Shown here: piece after piece, positions 38,861-51,161 of the stretch | Layout: each line of letters starts with the position of its first letter | Numbering within the stretch: the stretch's first letter is position 1 | Assembly (NCBI GenBank): GCA_013239625.1 | Contig: MU054323.1 | Location: 5,011,220 to 5,075,219 of the forward strand | From: Lama guanicoe | Taxonomy: Eukaryota | Direction of reading: 5' to 3' | DNA: 64,000 nt | Notes under the pieces: generated by a model | Told to the model about the DNA's origin: nothing | The model's input: the letters and a program-made list of their open reading frames with translations, nothing else | The model's database searches: none | Program-made: the position numbers and the translations under genes

Positions 38861-39660
38861 ACAATACATTTAAAACTTTTGTTATACACATTTATTTTTC
38901 CAGATGAACTTTTGATATCATGTCATTATATTAGAAATAAACTGCTGGTACTTTGAATGGATCACACTTAGCTTATTAATATATTTTAATAAATATTTTA
39001 ACTTTCTTGATCTCCACTATTTCTGGCTATTTTAATTCTTTTATACTCTCAGAAGAATTTTTAAATTTTGTTTTCTATAAGAACATATTTACTTTTGATA
39101 AATTTATCCCTAGAAGGTTTACTTCTTTTTATTTTTACTGCAGAGGGGGGATTTTTTTCCCTTTGTTATACTGTGTAATTAGATTTTATCATACAGTGTA
39201 CATTGGTAAGTTATTGATTCTTTTAGATTGAATTTTTGTTTTCATTTGTTTTGCCGTATTATCTTATTGTTTCTAAACTTTCTAGCTAATTTTCTTGGGG
39301 TTTCCTTGTAAATAACCATACAAGATGCAATATACAAACATGACAATTTTGTCTCTTTAGCAGCATTTATATATCATACATTGTTTATTTCTAATTACAT
39401 TTTTTTGTATTACCAGAACAAATTTTAATAATACTGGTAGTAATGAGTCTTTTGTCTTCTTCTTGGCTCAGTGGGATTGCTTACATTGGTTTTTCATGAA
39501 ATGGGGTGAAAGAGGTGTTTTTATGGGGTGATAAAAGGTAGAGAAGGGGGCCAGAAGAGGGGATGCAGGGAGTTGAGGAAGTATATACATTGATTTGTGT
39601 TTTGCTAATAATTTTCATAAGGAATGAATGTTGAATTTTTACAAAGCATTTTATTCTAAA
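38861..39660 (-). mobile_element. Old L1 ORF2 remnant
   Basis: tttccagatgaactttt...ttttgataaatttatccctaga...ataaggaatgaatgttgaattttt. Confidence 0.65.
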
Positions 39661-39674
39661 ATGAAACTTTCTTG

Positions 39675-39955
39675 AGGACAAATGTCATCACTTACAGAGG
39701 CATCCATCACCACCTCATCTGAAGTGACACCACCAAATACTTATTACATCTTTCTCTACAGTTACTCCAGAGCAAATGTTAAAAATTTCTAAATGATTGT
39801 TAAATTTATTTATTTGGCTGCTGTCTGTTTCTCTCTAGTGAGTGTTAGCCTTCCAAAGACCTCTTGTATTATCTAGTTCATATCTATAGTTTTTAGGAAT
39901 TAGAACAGTAATTCACACAAAGTAGATGCTCAAATGATATTTACTGAATGAAGAA
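39675..39955 (+). mobile_element. L2 3' end
   Basis: caaatgtcatcacttacagagg...tagaacagtaattcacacaaagtagatgctcaaatgatatttactgaatgaa. Confidence 0.7.
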
Positions 39956-41807
39956 GCCATATATTTAAAATTCACTCAAAGGTTTAATTACTAGTATTTA
40001 TTTGGAATTTGAATTGATGTTTATAAATGAATTGCCCTATAGTTCTTTAGTACATGCTTACCTGCTTTCAGAGTTATTCTGGTTTCATATTTTTTTTAAA
40101 ACTTTATTTTGTGGACCTTCTTTTCCCTTAAGTAAAATCCTGGGCATAGATTATCTTGTTGATGTAGAATTTGTAGGGTTAAGTGATTTTTTTCCAACAT
40201 GTATGTACCATTAAACATTCTCATGGTTGAAAAAAGAAAAAGAACTTTAAAAATGACATTATATATATGTATATATACACATACATACATCTATATATTG
40301 TCAATGTTATGAATTGTTTGTAAAGTATAAAAATTATATATCATTTAAATATTTAATTTAATTTACCTGGAAAAATGTCTGTGCCTTTCAGTTTTGAGCA
40401 GAAATGGCTCTTTGACAACCTTATAAAAATGTCGTATGGTTATCAGACTGTTTAGGTTTTCTGTGTTCCTTATTTCCTATGCATTCTTTATTAACATGTG
40501 TTTTTTCTAGAAATTCATATTTGATCTAAATTTTTCAAAATGATTTGTGTAAGATTGTGTAAATGTATATAATTTACTATATCTATTACTGTTTGTCTTT
40601 TCTAAGTATTTCTGAATATTATTTGTAATTTCCTGATTTTTGTTCTGTATTTGTCTAGCTAAACGTAAAATGTCTTAAAATATATTTTAAAAATTTACTT
40701 GTGATGGTTTTCTCCTACTTTTGTTTGTTTCTATTTTGATTGTTAATATCTATTTTTGCCTTCCTAAGTGGCTAGCACTTAACAACTTATACAAAACTAC
40801 ACTTATACATTTTTTAACTCATTGATATTTTAGTTTTTGCTAAATATACACTACCAAGCATTTAAAAAGTTTTTTCATTTTTGTTTTCTTTTGTGCCCAG
40901 TTGTTTAGAGGTTGAAATGGCAAGTTTATTTTTTATTATATTTATATCTTCCTATATGATTATTATCAAGAATTTTAGGAATTTACACTAAGGAAATACT
41001 TAATTTTCTTGATTCCAAACTAATAATAATTATAGGACATGCCATCAAATTAATACAGTTCATTAATAAAATTTAAAGTTTAACAACCATATTAAATATG
41101 CCCATAGATTTTAAAACATACCCTGATTTTAGAGTAGTTAAGGTACTAAAAATATTTATTTTAGGATTTAGGGTTTAGTCATATGGTGAAGATGCAGAGA
41201 CATTCAAAAATATATTTAAGGCAGAATTATTTAAAGTAGTAAAGTGATATTTAAATAAATGCTTAAAACTAGATAAACAACTAAGTGAGGTATACCGAGT
41301 CTAAATCTTATCCAGCAGTATAAAATAATTATGAACATATAATTACAAGGAGAATATGAAGTAACATTAAATGAACGAGAAGAATAAAAAATTATACCTA
41401 TACTACAGATAAAAGCCTCCAAAAGCTTGCTTGCATATGGATAAACACTGGGAGGTTATACAGGGAAAAAAAAATTAAAGAACAGTTTAAATGTTCCCAG
41501 TAATGAGCTTAGAGGATATTCTACATTTTTTCCCATAATCCCCCAACCAAATTTTGTTCTAAGAGTATTTATGCAATAAATGAAAACAGAAGCAAAGGTA
41601 GCAAATTCAGAGATGTAAAGAAAGCAAAGGAGGCCAGCCTTGCCTGATCTCCCTCCTTATTCCCCAGAAGGCTGAGAGGAGGAAAGAAAAGACTTGGTGC
41701 ACATGAGTTTTTCTCATCTTCCTACTTGGGACGTCCAGACTCAAGAGCTGCCCCAGGTAGATCTGAGCTGGGCAGTGTGTGCATGTGACTGAGAGCGTGA
41801 TTCAACC

Positions 41808-42149
41808 ACGCATCCCCCTCTTACTCATGGTGGATGCGTTCCAAGGCCCCCACTGGATGCCAGCAGCCCTGGAGAGGACCAGACCCTGTATCTGCTATGG
41901 TTTTTCCTGTGCCACCGGGCAGGTGGCATAGAGAGCATGGCTACTCTTGACATAAAAAAAAAAAAAAAAGGATGAGTCACACCCTGGCCAGGAAGGTGAA
42001 GATTTCATCACGCTACTCAGTACAGCGCACAATTTAAAATTTACAAATTGTTTATTTCTGGAATTTTCCATTTAATATTTTCAGACCACAGTTGGCTTGT
42101 GTGTAACTGAAAATGTGAACAGGGAAACCCCAGATAAGCAAAGACTACT
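41808..42149 (-). mobile_element. MER44A-like MITE (Tigger7 family)
   Basis: gatttcatcacgctactcagtacagcgcacaatttaaaatttacaaattgtttatttctggaattttccatttaatattttcagaccacagttg...gataagcaaagactactg. Confidence 0.88.
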
Positions 42150-45080
42150 GGAGTCAGATCAAAACTATTCACTTGAAAGGGTCCCATTTGCTAATAAAAT
42201 AACATCAATCTACTCATTCAGTTATCATTTCCATTTATAAAAATTTCCCTAAGCCGAAGACTGAAGACAAATGTCAAGAAGTTCTTAAGAATGGCCATAA
42301 TTATCTTACTCAGGAAACAACTATTTCCCACACTCAGCTTTCCCCCAAACTAGGAACATCACTACCTCGTTTCTCCTCTCCCTTACTTTCTTGGCTTTAT
42401 ATTGCTCTGATTTGCATTCCCAATACATTTCACATTGTTGAGGAAAAGACCCCTGTCTCACTCACTTTCTTATATCCGCTACATGCTTTGTGAAAGTCTG
42501 GTATAAAGTAGAAACCCCAATTTCTTTCCTGCATTGAATCAAAATGTGGCCATCTTTTAACTGGCATTGTTATTTTTGAAGCAGTCTCTGATTTTCTCCC
42601 CAAATAACATATTTGAAGGTGGAGTTTGAACCAAGTATTTCATGGAAAATCATCTATAGAACTTCTGCTGGTACTATTATCATCTTTTTTTTTTTTGAAT
42701 TCTCCAGTGATACTGGGAGCAGAATGCCTCGACAATGCCTGCTTCTCACCCAGTACCCCGGTGTGCCCACTCTTCCCTTCCTGGCATATTTCCTGGCCTG
42801 CTGGTAGTTTTGTTTTACATTCTCCTTGTTGAAGAATACATCACTCTCCCACTGGCATCCTCATTGTCAAAATCTATTTCTTTCACGTCCCCCATCTTAT
42901 TTTCCCTAAAAAATTAATGGCATGTAAAATCTAGCCTGTACTCTTCAGATTAATCTCACCCCACACACATTTGATTTCTCACATTAATTTGTTAAAAAAC
43001 CAAGCATAATACAAAAAAATCTATTTGGGGGAGAACAGGATTGTTATTTCTGTGGTTTTTTGCTACTTTTTAAATGTGATTATGTACACTTAAGCATATG
43101 AGTTTTTACTTTGTCTAGGTGTAATTTTCGAAAAGCTAAAACTATAAACAGTATGCAAACATAAATTGAGTATAAGATTGTTTAGCTTATTAAAGATGAC
43201 ACCATCAGGATGCTTAAGCTCTTTCAAAAATTATTGGAGATAGGGAGATATTTATAGAGGCTTAAAGGGAAAAGCAGTTCAGGTGCAAAACTAATGTCCA
43301 TAAAGGACAATTAAAACTGTAACCTTTGTCAAAAACCGTTTGCAATTAGCACACAAAATTCATTGCCACTGTAACGGAACTGGAATTATTTACATTGCTA
43401 TCAATTTTCTGCAGGGTAACATGTATCCTTGCAAAGTTGCAAACTGTCCAAAAAAATAATAAAGAGCAAGTCACACAGGGAATATACCCAAGAGAGCTGG
43501 GTAACCCCTTGTCCCCAGCAGGACATGTTAAAGACTTTCAGTCATCCTTTCCATGTTTTGGTGAATTTTTCTTAACAACCTGAGTGTCTGAAATCATCTT
43601 TATCAATTCCTTACCTATAAAATGACGTAATTGTAAACATGGCTGCACTTGGTACAAAAAGAGCGGAGTCTTTATCCCTGCCTAGATGGGAAGGATCTGG
43701 ACATTCAGGGGTTCTTCGTCTCTATTTCAGCCAATGCAGACTGACACAGACTATTCCAAGTGGGTATCCTTCCTCCAGGAAACACCTAGCGGATTGCCTA
43801 CTACACGCCGGGTGCTGTGTGTTACACAGAAGAAAATAAAATTCTTCCTCTTTGGCGCTGAGATCCTAGTTGAGCAGACAGACGTACACCCAATTACACT
43901 AGACCCTGACAAGTCTTTGCAGGATGTCGTGGGCCCCCAGGGGAGCAGTTCCTCACGTCAGGGCTTCTAAGTCAAACCAGACTGAATTTTACCACGGAAA
44001 TCGCATTGTTTATTGACTGCACAAAGTATCCATAATAAACTTTTACACCTCATTTCTAAGCTTGAAATCTCTTAAAAATGCATGACACAATTCTCTGACT
44101 CCTGAACCTGAGGAGATAAAAATAACTTAATCTGATTAGATGACTCTGGGTCATTATGCTAAATGCACAATACCATCCTGGACTGTCACTCACTAATGAC
44201 CCAGAAACTAGTGAGTCATAAAGGACACATTTCTTCCTATAATAAATAAACCCAGCCTGCTATGGTTTTAAATCACTGTATCTGCTTTATATGATTTTAT
44301 GTCTCCTGCAGCACTATCTGATGTCACTTTGATAAGTTCAGTGAAAGTATTTGTCATAGTTATTCTGTGTTTAGTATAAAAATGATGTAAATATGTGATC
44401 ATCGGACTGTTATCTTTCACATCATGATAAATTATATCGGAGCTCCCAGGCGAAGGATAAATTATTTACTTTTAGTCCTCCGATTTGAAAAGGGGTAGAA
44501 ATGAACAATAACGCTGGGGTGGTAACCTAATAAAGAGCTCAAAAAAGTGCCCAAAGAATCTCCTACAGGGGAAGGTTTTGAGTATTAGGAAGCATAGAAG
44601 TGATATTCTAGTTTGTAAGGGATAATTTAACAGTTCATCTTGCTCCGTATTACTTTGGAAAAGCCTGCAACACCTCATTGTGTTCAATTATACTCCTGAC
44701 TGATCAGATGGAGAAAATTTAGGAAAGTTGCAAGACACGTAACTATAAATTGCCCTCTCGTTACCCTTGTGTTCTAAAAGGGCAGGCTCTTGGATCCCTT
44801 GTAGGCATCTGTGAAATTTAATTATTATTTTAGTCTCCAGTATGAATGGCTAGTGGCCTCTGTCAGAATTTCAAGGGCCTATATGAATTAAGGAAGAGAG
44901 TTTCTGAGCTGCAAAGACCCTCCCTTCACTCCGGGTATTACTTAAATTAGCAGGGGCAATGCTAGGCTCCCTCAGGCTGGTGGGCGCCTTAGTCCATGAA
45001 TTGATTGTCTCTAAGCTCATTTTTGTTTTGTTCTTCCCCTCAAAAACTGTACCCTAGAAAGCCAAGATTCCAAGTTCCTT

Positions 45081-45976
45081 ACAGATGCCCAATAGGCACA
45101 TGAAAAGATGCTCAACATCACTAATTATTAGAGAAATGCAAATCAAAACTACAGTGAGGTATCACCTCACACTGGTCAGAATGGCCATTATCAAAAAGTC
45201 TACAAATAATAAATGCTGGAGAAGGTGTGGAGAAAAAGGAATCCTCCTATACTGTTGGTGGGAGTATAAATTGGTGCAGCCACTATGGAGGATGCTATGA
45301 AGTTACCTTCAAAAAACTAAAAAAATAGGGTTCCCATATGATCCAGAAAACCTACTTCTGGGCATGTATCTGGAGAAAATTCTAATTTAAAAGTTCACTC
45401 CAAAGTTCATAGCAGCACTATGTGCAATAGCTAAGACATGAAGGAAACTAAATGTCCATCAACAGGTGAATAGATAAAGTAGATGTGGTACATATATACT
45501 GTTGAATATTAGTCAGCCATAAAAAAGAATGAAACAACACCATTTGCAGCAACATGTTGATGGACCTAGAGATTGTCATAACAAGAGAAGTAAGTCAGAA
45601 AGAGGAAGACAAATATCATATGATATCACTTATATGTGGAATCTAAAATATGATACAAATAAACTTACTTATAAAACAGAAAGAGACTCACAGACATAGA
45701 AAACAAGCCAATGGTTACCAAAGAGGAAAGGGTATGGGGGAGGGATAAATTAGAAGTTTGAAATTAGTAAATAAAAACTACCATATATAAAATAGATAAA
45801 AGATAAGGTCCCACTGTATAGCAGAGGGAACTATATTCAATGTCCTGTAATAAATCATAATGAAAAAGAATATGTCCCTCCCTGCATATAACTGAATCTC
45901 TTTGCTGTATGTCAGAAACTAACACAACATTGTAAATCAACTATGCTTCAGTAAAAATTTTTGTAACTAAAGAGAA
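45081..45976 (+). mobile_element. 5'-truncated L1: ORF2 C-terminus plus 3'UTR, with degraded TSD
   Basis: ORF 45085-45300; 3'UTR ends cattgtaaatcaactatgcttcagtaaaaa; TSD aagattccaagttc (45064-45077) vs aaggttccatgttc (45977-45990), 12/14 identical. Confidence 0.95.
45085..45300 (+). pseudogene. LINE-1 ORF2p C-terminal remnant
   Basis: [25 protein letters not shown]...[25 protein letters not shown]. Confidence 0.92.
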
Positions 45977-46399
45977 AAGGTTCCATGTTCTTCAGAGAGC
46001 AGTGGTTTTCTGGAGAAACATACATACACACCCCTTCTGACTTCCATGATCAGAAGAAGCCACTTAGGGAAAAAAATCACAATGATGCCATCAAAAGTCA
46101 CATAGCTCAGTCTGTGAGATGAATATAAGATTTAGGTCCACAATCAGAATTTCTTCCTGCCAGGAAGAACATACACTAAAGATATTTGTGTTTGCTTCCT
46201 TTCCCAGAAAGATAGAGACTCAAGGGCAAGAAAAAAATCTAGGCCATCGAGTCATTCAATCCATCATTGTTTGCTGCCAAACATGTAGGTATAAGGAAAG
46301 AGTTCTTCACTGAGTTTATAAGCCAGCAGGGAAGATCAATGTTGGGCAAGGTTGGCTGGTCTAATTGGTGCTTTGCAGATGAAGTGCCAGGATCTATGG

Positions 46400-46820
46400 G
46401 CCTGTAGACCAGGAACACAGCACAGCCTTGGAGACAGGAAATATTTCTTACCAGAAATGGTGCATAAGCTGAGGCATGAACATGAGTCAGAGGGTGGATT
46501 TGGTGGGTTGTGGGGACAGAGGTCTCTCCAGGCAGACTGAAGAGCACGTGGGAAACCATAAATGAAATGGCAGTTTCAGAGACTCAGAGAAAACGCATAC
46601 AGACAGAAGCCAAGAATGCAAGAGGCAGAGAGCAGTTGGGAAGTTGGAGGCTGCCCAGGCCTGAGGGAAGATTTAACCCCAGGGGCTCTGGGAAATCACT
46701 TAAAAATCTTAAAAATGAAAAATGTAAGTAAATTAAATGGTGAAAGTTATGATTTCATTGGATTTTAAAAAGATTCTGCTCCCTGAGAATGGGGAATAGA
46801 CTAGAAGGGTCAGACGAGGA
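46400..46820 (-). mobile_element. L2 fragment
   Basis: tgggaaatcacttaaaaatctt...ttttaaaaagattctgctccctgagaatggggaatagactagaagg. Confidence 0.5.
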
Positions 46821-47222
46821 CACCTTAGCAGGTGGCTCGCCTCATCACTTTCTTAGCACAGTGAGTGGAATGTGTTTAAAACAGCTTCGGACCACAGCCG
46901 GGCAAGCTGCCCTCCTGGAAACAAGACCTCAAGGGAAGAAAAGAGCTCGAGGGAGAGCCCCTACCTGCATGCTCACCTGACTTCCAACACACCGGGCACG
47001 TCAAGGAAAATGTGAGATTGGTAGCAAGAAGAGAGGCACGTCTAGTAAGAACCACCCACTGTTCCCCATTTTCCCTTCGTTCTCCATCCATGGTGGATCA
47101 GGGCCTGAATATGAGCCACAGCGATGGACGATGGTTGACATAAAGCAAACACAGGGATCCCCAGATATGCCCCACTTCCTGCCAGCGCCAACAGAACATT
47201 TCTAGGGAGTCCCAGAACTAAA

Positions 47223-47244
47223 TGTGTGTGTGTGTGTGTGTGTG
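47223..47244 (+). repeat. (TG)11 microsatellite
   Basis: Direct read. Confidence 0.95.
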
Positions 47245-49435
47245 GTCCTCCCAGGGGGGAGGATAACCCAGGTTAAGTCAGAGGAAGGGTCCTACAGCTA
47301 AACTCCTTTTGATCCAGGCAGCTCAGAGTGCAGAGCTCTCCATCAAGGCTGGGGTCAGCAAGAGAATCATCTCTGACAGCCTTCCTGGGGCCATATGTTC
47401 CTTCTGAAACCCTGGGCTGAGAATCCAAGTCTCTCCTCAGTGCTTCTTGAAGTGGCAGGTGCCCAGGGCGAGCCATGGAAGTGGCAGCTGACATCTGTAT
47501 GTCACGCCTTGGCTGCCTGTCACATAGAAATAGTTTTAAAAAAACCACCGAATAGTTTCTATGGGTCAACATTTTGTCTACTGAGGAGCACACAGTTGAC
47601 ACCGAACAATTATTTAATTGAATCAAATACTTCGAAGTCATCGTTTTGGCCCTATTATATATTTTGGAAATCGTGGGTAGTAAATTCAAATATTTTAAAC
47701 AAAGCACTTCTACATTAGTCACTCCCCCAACAAACGCTTGGACACAAAATCAACATAGGGAAGCGTACAGAGGTGTTTTTTTCTGTTTCTCTTAAGCAGG
47801 AGTCTGTGGTGATTCAAGGTCCTTCTTTCCCCCTTCTTTTCCTTTTTTCTTGAGCACACATCTTTTTTAATTTCCATCCCTACAGATTACAAAATCTTAC
47901 CGAGAATTAGGTCACTATATGCTTCACCCAACGGGAAACTCCAAAAATGTCGACGAGAAAATTAGTTCACCTTCAGGAAGTAATTTTAACTTGACTCTGA
48001 AATAAAAAACTCAGGACTTTATAGTGACAAAAAAAAAAAGGGAGAGTTTCCTCTCCTTTCAATTTTATCTTTCCCTTCCCAAGTTTCAGGCGAGTCTCCT
48101 GCCACTGACTCTGCTCCTTTAGTTCTGGAAGATACTGCATGGAAAACGGCAGGAGTCAGCATGGCTCTTACTGACATCTTCCCACACGACGCCCTGGTGA
48201 TTTATGTCAATCATTATTTCCTCTCTATCTCTATCCACCAGGAGACTGAATGGGTACACAGTAGGCACTCACTCAATATTCGCTGAATAAATAATTGAGC
48301 AGCACATTATAACATCAATACATACTAATTGCAGACATTTGGGGAAATGTGTGTCTGTACATGTGTGTGTAATGTTACTGCCCTGAGTTAACCACTGTTA
48401 ACATTTCAGGGAGCATGTTTGGATGATTCCCTATGAAACTTTTGAAGCCCCCGAAGAGAGAGAATGATAAAATCCGGGAAAAGTTCATCAAGGCAGTCCA
48501 GAAGGCCAGGGAAAGGCAATGAACTGTGATTTGAAAGAGAAGCTAAGATGATACACCAGGGATGAAACTTTTCAAATAAGCTCAAGCAGGCAATGGAATC
48601 ATTCACTCCAGAACATCTCACTGAGGTGCCTTCAGGAGCAAAGTTCAAAGGAAGAGCAGATTGTCTATAACTCCATGAGAAAAAAGCTATAGCTCCGGAA
48701 GTTTCTGTTTATGCCAGATAATACGGAGCACTTGACCCCTCTCACCCTCTAATCTAAGAATCTCTATTATTTCCCTTGCTATGTCCCGGACTCAGATTTA
48801 ATTCTGTTTTGACTGGCAGTGAGAGTTGTCCACACTCCAATATTTACAGAAAACATCAATTTCCATAAGCTGAGATACTTATGAATTACATTAGGATTAT
48901 TCGTGTGATATATGGCAAATGTATTGCTGACCTAGTTAGAATTCTTCCAAAAGTGCTTTGTTGGTGCATTTGAGAAGTTTAATATGCAGGTGGCCTGTTT
49001 AGAACAGGTTCCACTTAATTCATCACGGCCAGCTGCAGTGACAGGTACTTTAAGCTCTGGGCCAAGAACAAGCTTATCCAGTTCCAAGTATTCATATCCA
49101 CTCCTCCTTGGACCTGCAGCAGTGGCCACAGCCCTGGGGTTGTATAGATTCCTTGCCTTGCTCTGACCTCTCTGCTCGCCATATGGCCGTTTCTTGTTCC
49201 TGGTTATCACAGATCTATTCTAAACTTTCTTCTAGAATCCGTGTTCCTTTTCTTTGCTAATCAGAATCCCCTCCATTTTCCAATGAAGGAATTTCCAAAA
49301 TTATAGCTTCTCAGACTACCAGTGCTCTGACCAAAAAATAAGTCTCAAAGTAACACAGGAATTACATGAAAAAAGATGCGTACCAGGACATGAACGTCCT
49401 CAGCCACAGAGCCAAAGCTCAAAAACATAAAGAAT

Positions 49436-49437
49436 GA

Positions 49438-49509
<72 letters not shown>

Positions 49510-49511
49510 AA
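49436..49511 (+). repeat. (GAAA)19 tetranucleotide microsatellite
   Basis: Direct read of 76 uninterrupted bp. Confidence 0.97.
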
Positions 49512-49529
49512 CTGGGAGAAAAAAATCTG

Positions 49530-49985
49530 CCAGGAATTCATCTAACAAATATTCATTTAATGCCTACTGTGTGCCAGACACTTGGGTCAGGGTTGAAGCA
49601 CAAACAGTAAGAAAAAGATGGAATCCTTGCTCTGATGAATCTTACCATCTACAGGTGCACAGAGATACTAATCAAGGTACCCTAAGATAAATAAAAAAAT
49701 GGCAGAAATACCAAATATAACAGCTGAGATGTGTCACACTATGAAAGCATTTGATTGGGGGATGTGGTGTAGCCAGAGGGTCTTGGAACATTTCCCCAAG
49801 AAAACAATGAGTGAGCTAAGGGCATGTATTACAGCTGTCGGGGATGAAAGAAATACCATGTTTGAGAAACATAATGATGGCCAGTATGTTTGAACCCGAG
49901 AAGGGTGAGTAAGTGCTGTGGAAGATTGGTTTGGAAGAGTAAGGAGGGACCACGGAATGCAGAGGCTTTAGGACATGTTTAACTA
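49530..49985 (-). mobile_element. L2 3' end
   Basis: attcatctaacaaatattcatttaatgcctactgtgtgccagacact...ccttgctctgatgaatcttaccatcta. Confidence 0.8.
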
Positions 49986-51121
49986 CAAGCAATTGTAGTT
50001 GTTGACTTGATTTAAATAGGATCTAAAACCACAGATTTGGCCCCATAATTCACCCACCATGTTGCTTTCTCACACTGTTTCCTTGCTCATTAATACTTCT
50101 TTTACATTAGGGATGCTTACAAAAGGAAGAGCTCAAATGGCTTTGGGATGAGCTATTTTGGACATTCAACTTCAAAGCAAGTTCCTGATGTGAAGGGTTG
50201 AAACTCCTTGCCTTGCATTCTTCTTCCCAATTTTTTTTTTTTAACTGCGTTTTTCTATTGGTCCATTTAGCATGCAAGGATGTGCTGCGTTATCTTGCAT
50301 TTGTGTTTGCAGCAACATATCTCTGTACGCTGCCCCATGGAGTTAGCTAGCAGGTGGCCCCTTGGAATGATTTATGTCTCCCAGTCAATAACCATGGTAA
50401 AATAGCCTGTGACATTTACACAGATGTCCTGTCACATTCTCTGATTTTCATGGTCCTGGAGTTTCTGTGGAGGAAAGAAAAATGTGAAACTTGTTTTCAA
50501 CTGGAGTTTGAAAAGATAAAGAAAGACAATAAAGCCACGGCAGAGCAGAAATTTAAACATGGCAACAAGAGTCTAAGAGAATGCACACTAACATGTGGTA
50601 AAGGGGCTGGGATGACAAAGAACAAAATACCGTATCATCTGGAAACTGAACGCACTCTGCTTGAGATCTGAATTCAAAAAGAGCATTTCCCCCGTTGGAC
50701 AGAAAGGGGGTAAATAAAGCAGATAAGTCAAAGGACCTTTGAAATTAGAAGTGGGACAACCACATGGGTGACTTGAAGGAACTGGGGGTACAGCGGACCT
50801 CTGCAGACAGATACCTACACGAGGGGGAATTACAGGTGGCAGAACACAGCAGGAAGAGACTGCCAAAGCACGGACCACAGCTGGGAATAAGAGAAGAGAC
50901 AACATTTCCTGTGTTTCCTGGGAGAGTCCAATAGAGACACAAGGAAAACAAAGTACAAGGTCTGCCATTTGAAAGTAGAGCTACTGACCTGGTACACCTG
51001 TGTGAAAAGTGGAAAGTGGTCTTTCTCGTCACTTCCGTGCTAGGGGGCCGTATAGGACAGGCAAGTTCTGTTTCTATTGTGACTATCTTTTCCTATGCTT
51101 GGTGCATAATTAGATGATCCT

Positions 51122-51161
51122 TGTGTGCACGCGCGCGCACGCGCGTGTGTGTGTACACATG
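51122..51161. repeat. 40-bp alternating purine-pyrimidine tract (TG/CG/CA)
   Basis: tgtgtgcacgcgcgcgcacgcgcgtgtgtgtgtacacatg. Confidence 0.9.

Noticed and set aside
47273..47722. 149-aa minus-strand ORF and overlapping 107-aa plus-strand ORF
   Set aside because: No recognisable domain or convincing exon boundaries; the lengths are compatible with chance in 64 kb.
49345..49548. ORF with (SFFL)n repeats resembling a membrane peptide
   Set aside because: It is a translation of the (GAAA)19 microsatellite.
50354..50671. 105-aa Lys/Glu/Cys-containing ORF
   Set aside because: GTG start, purine-rich composition explains the charged residues, and no known motif is present.
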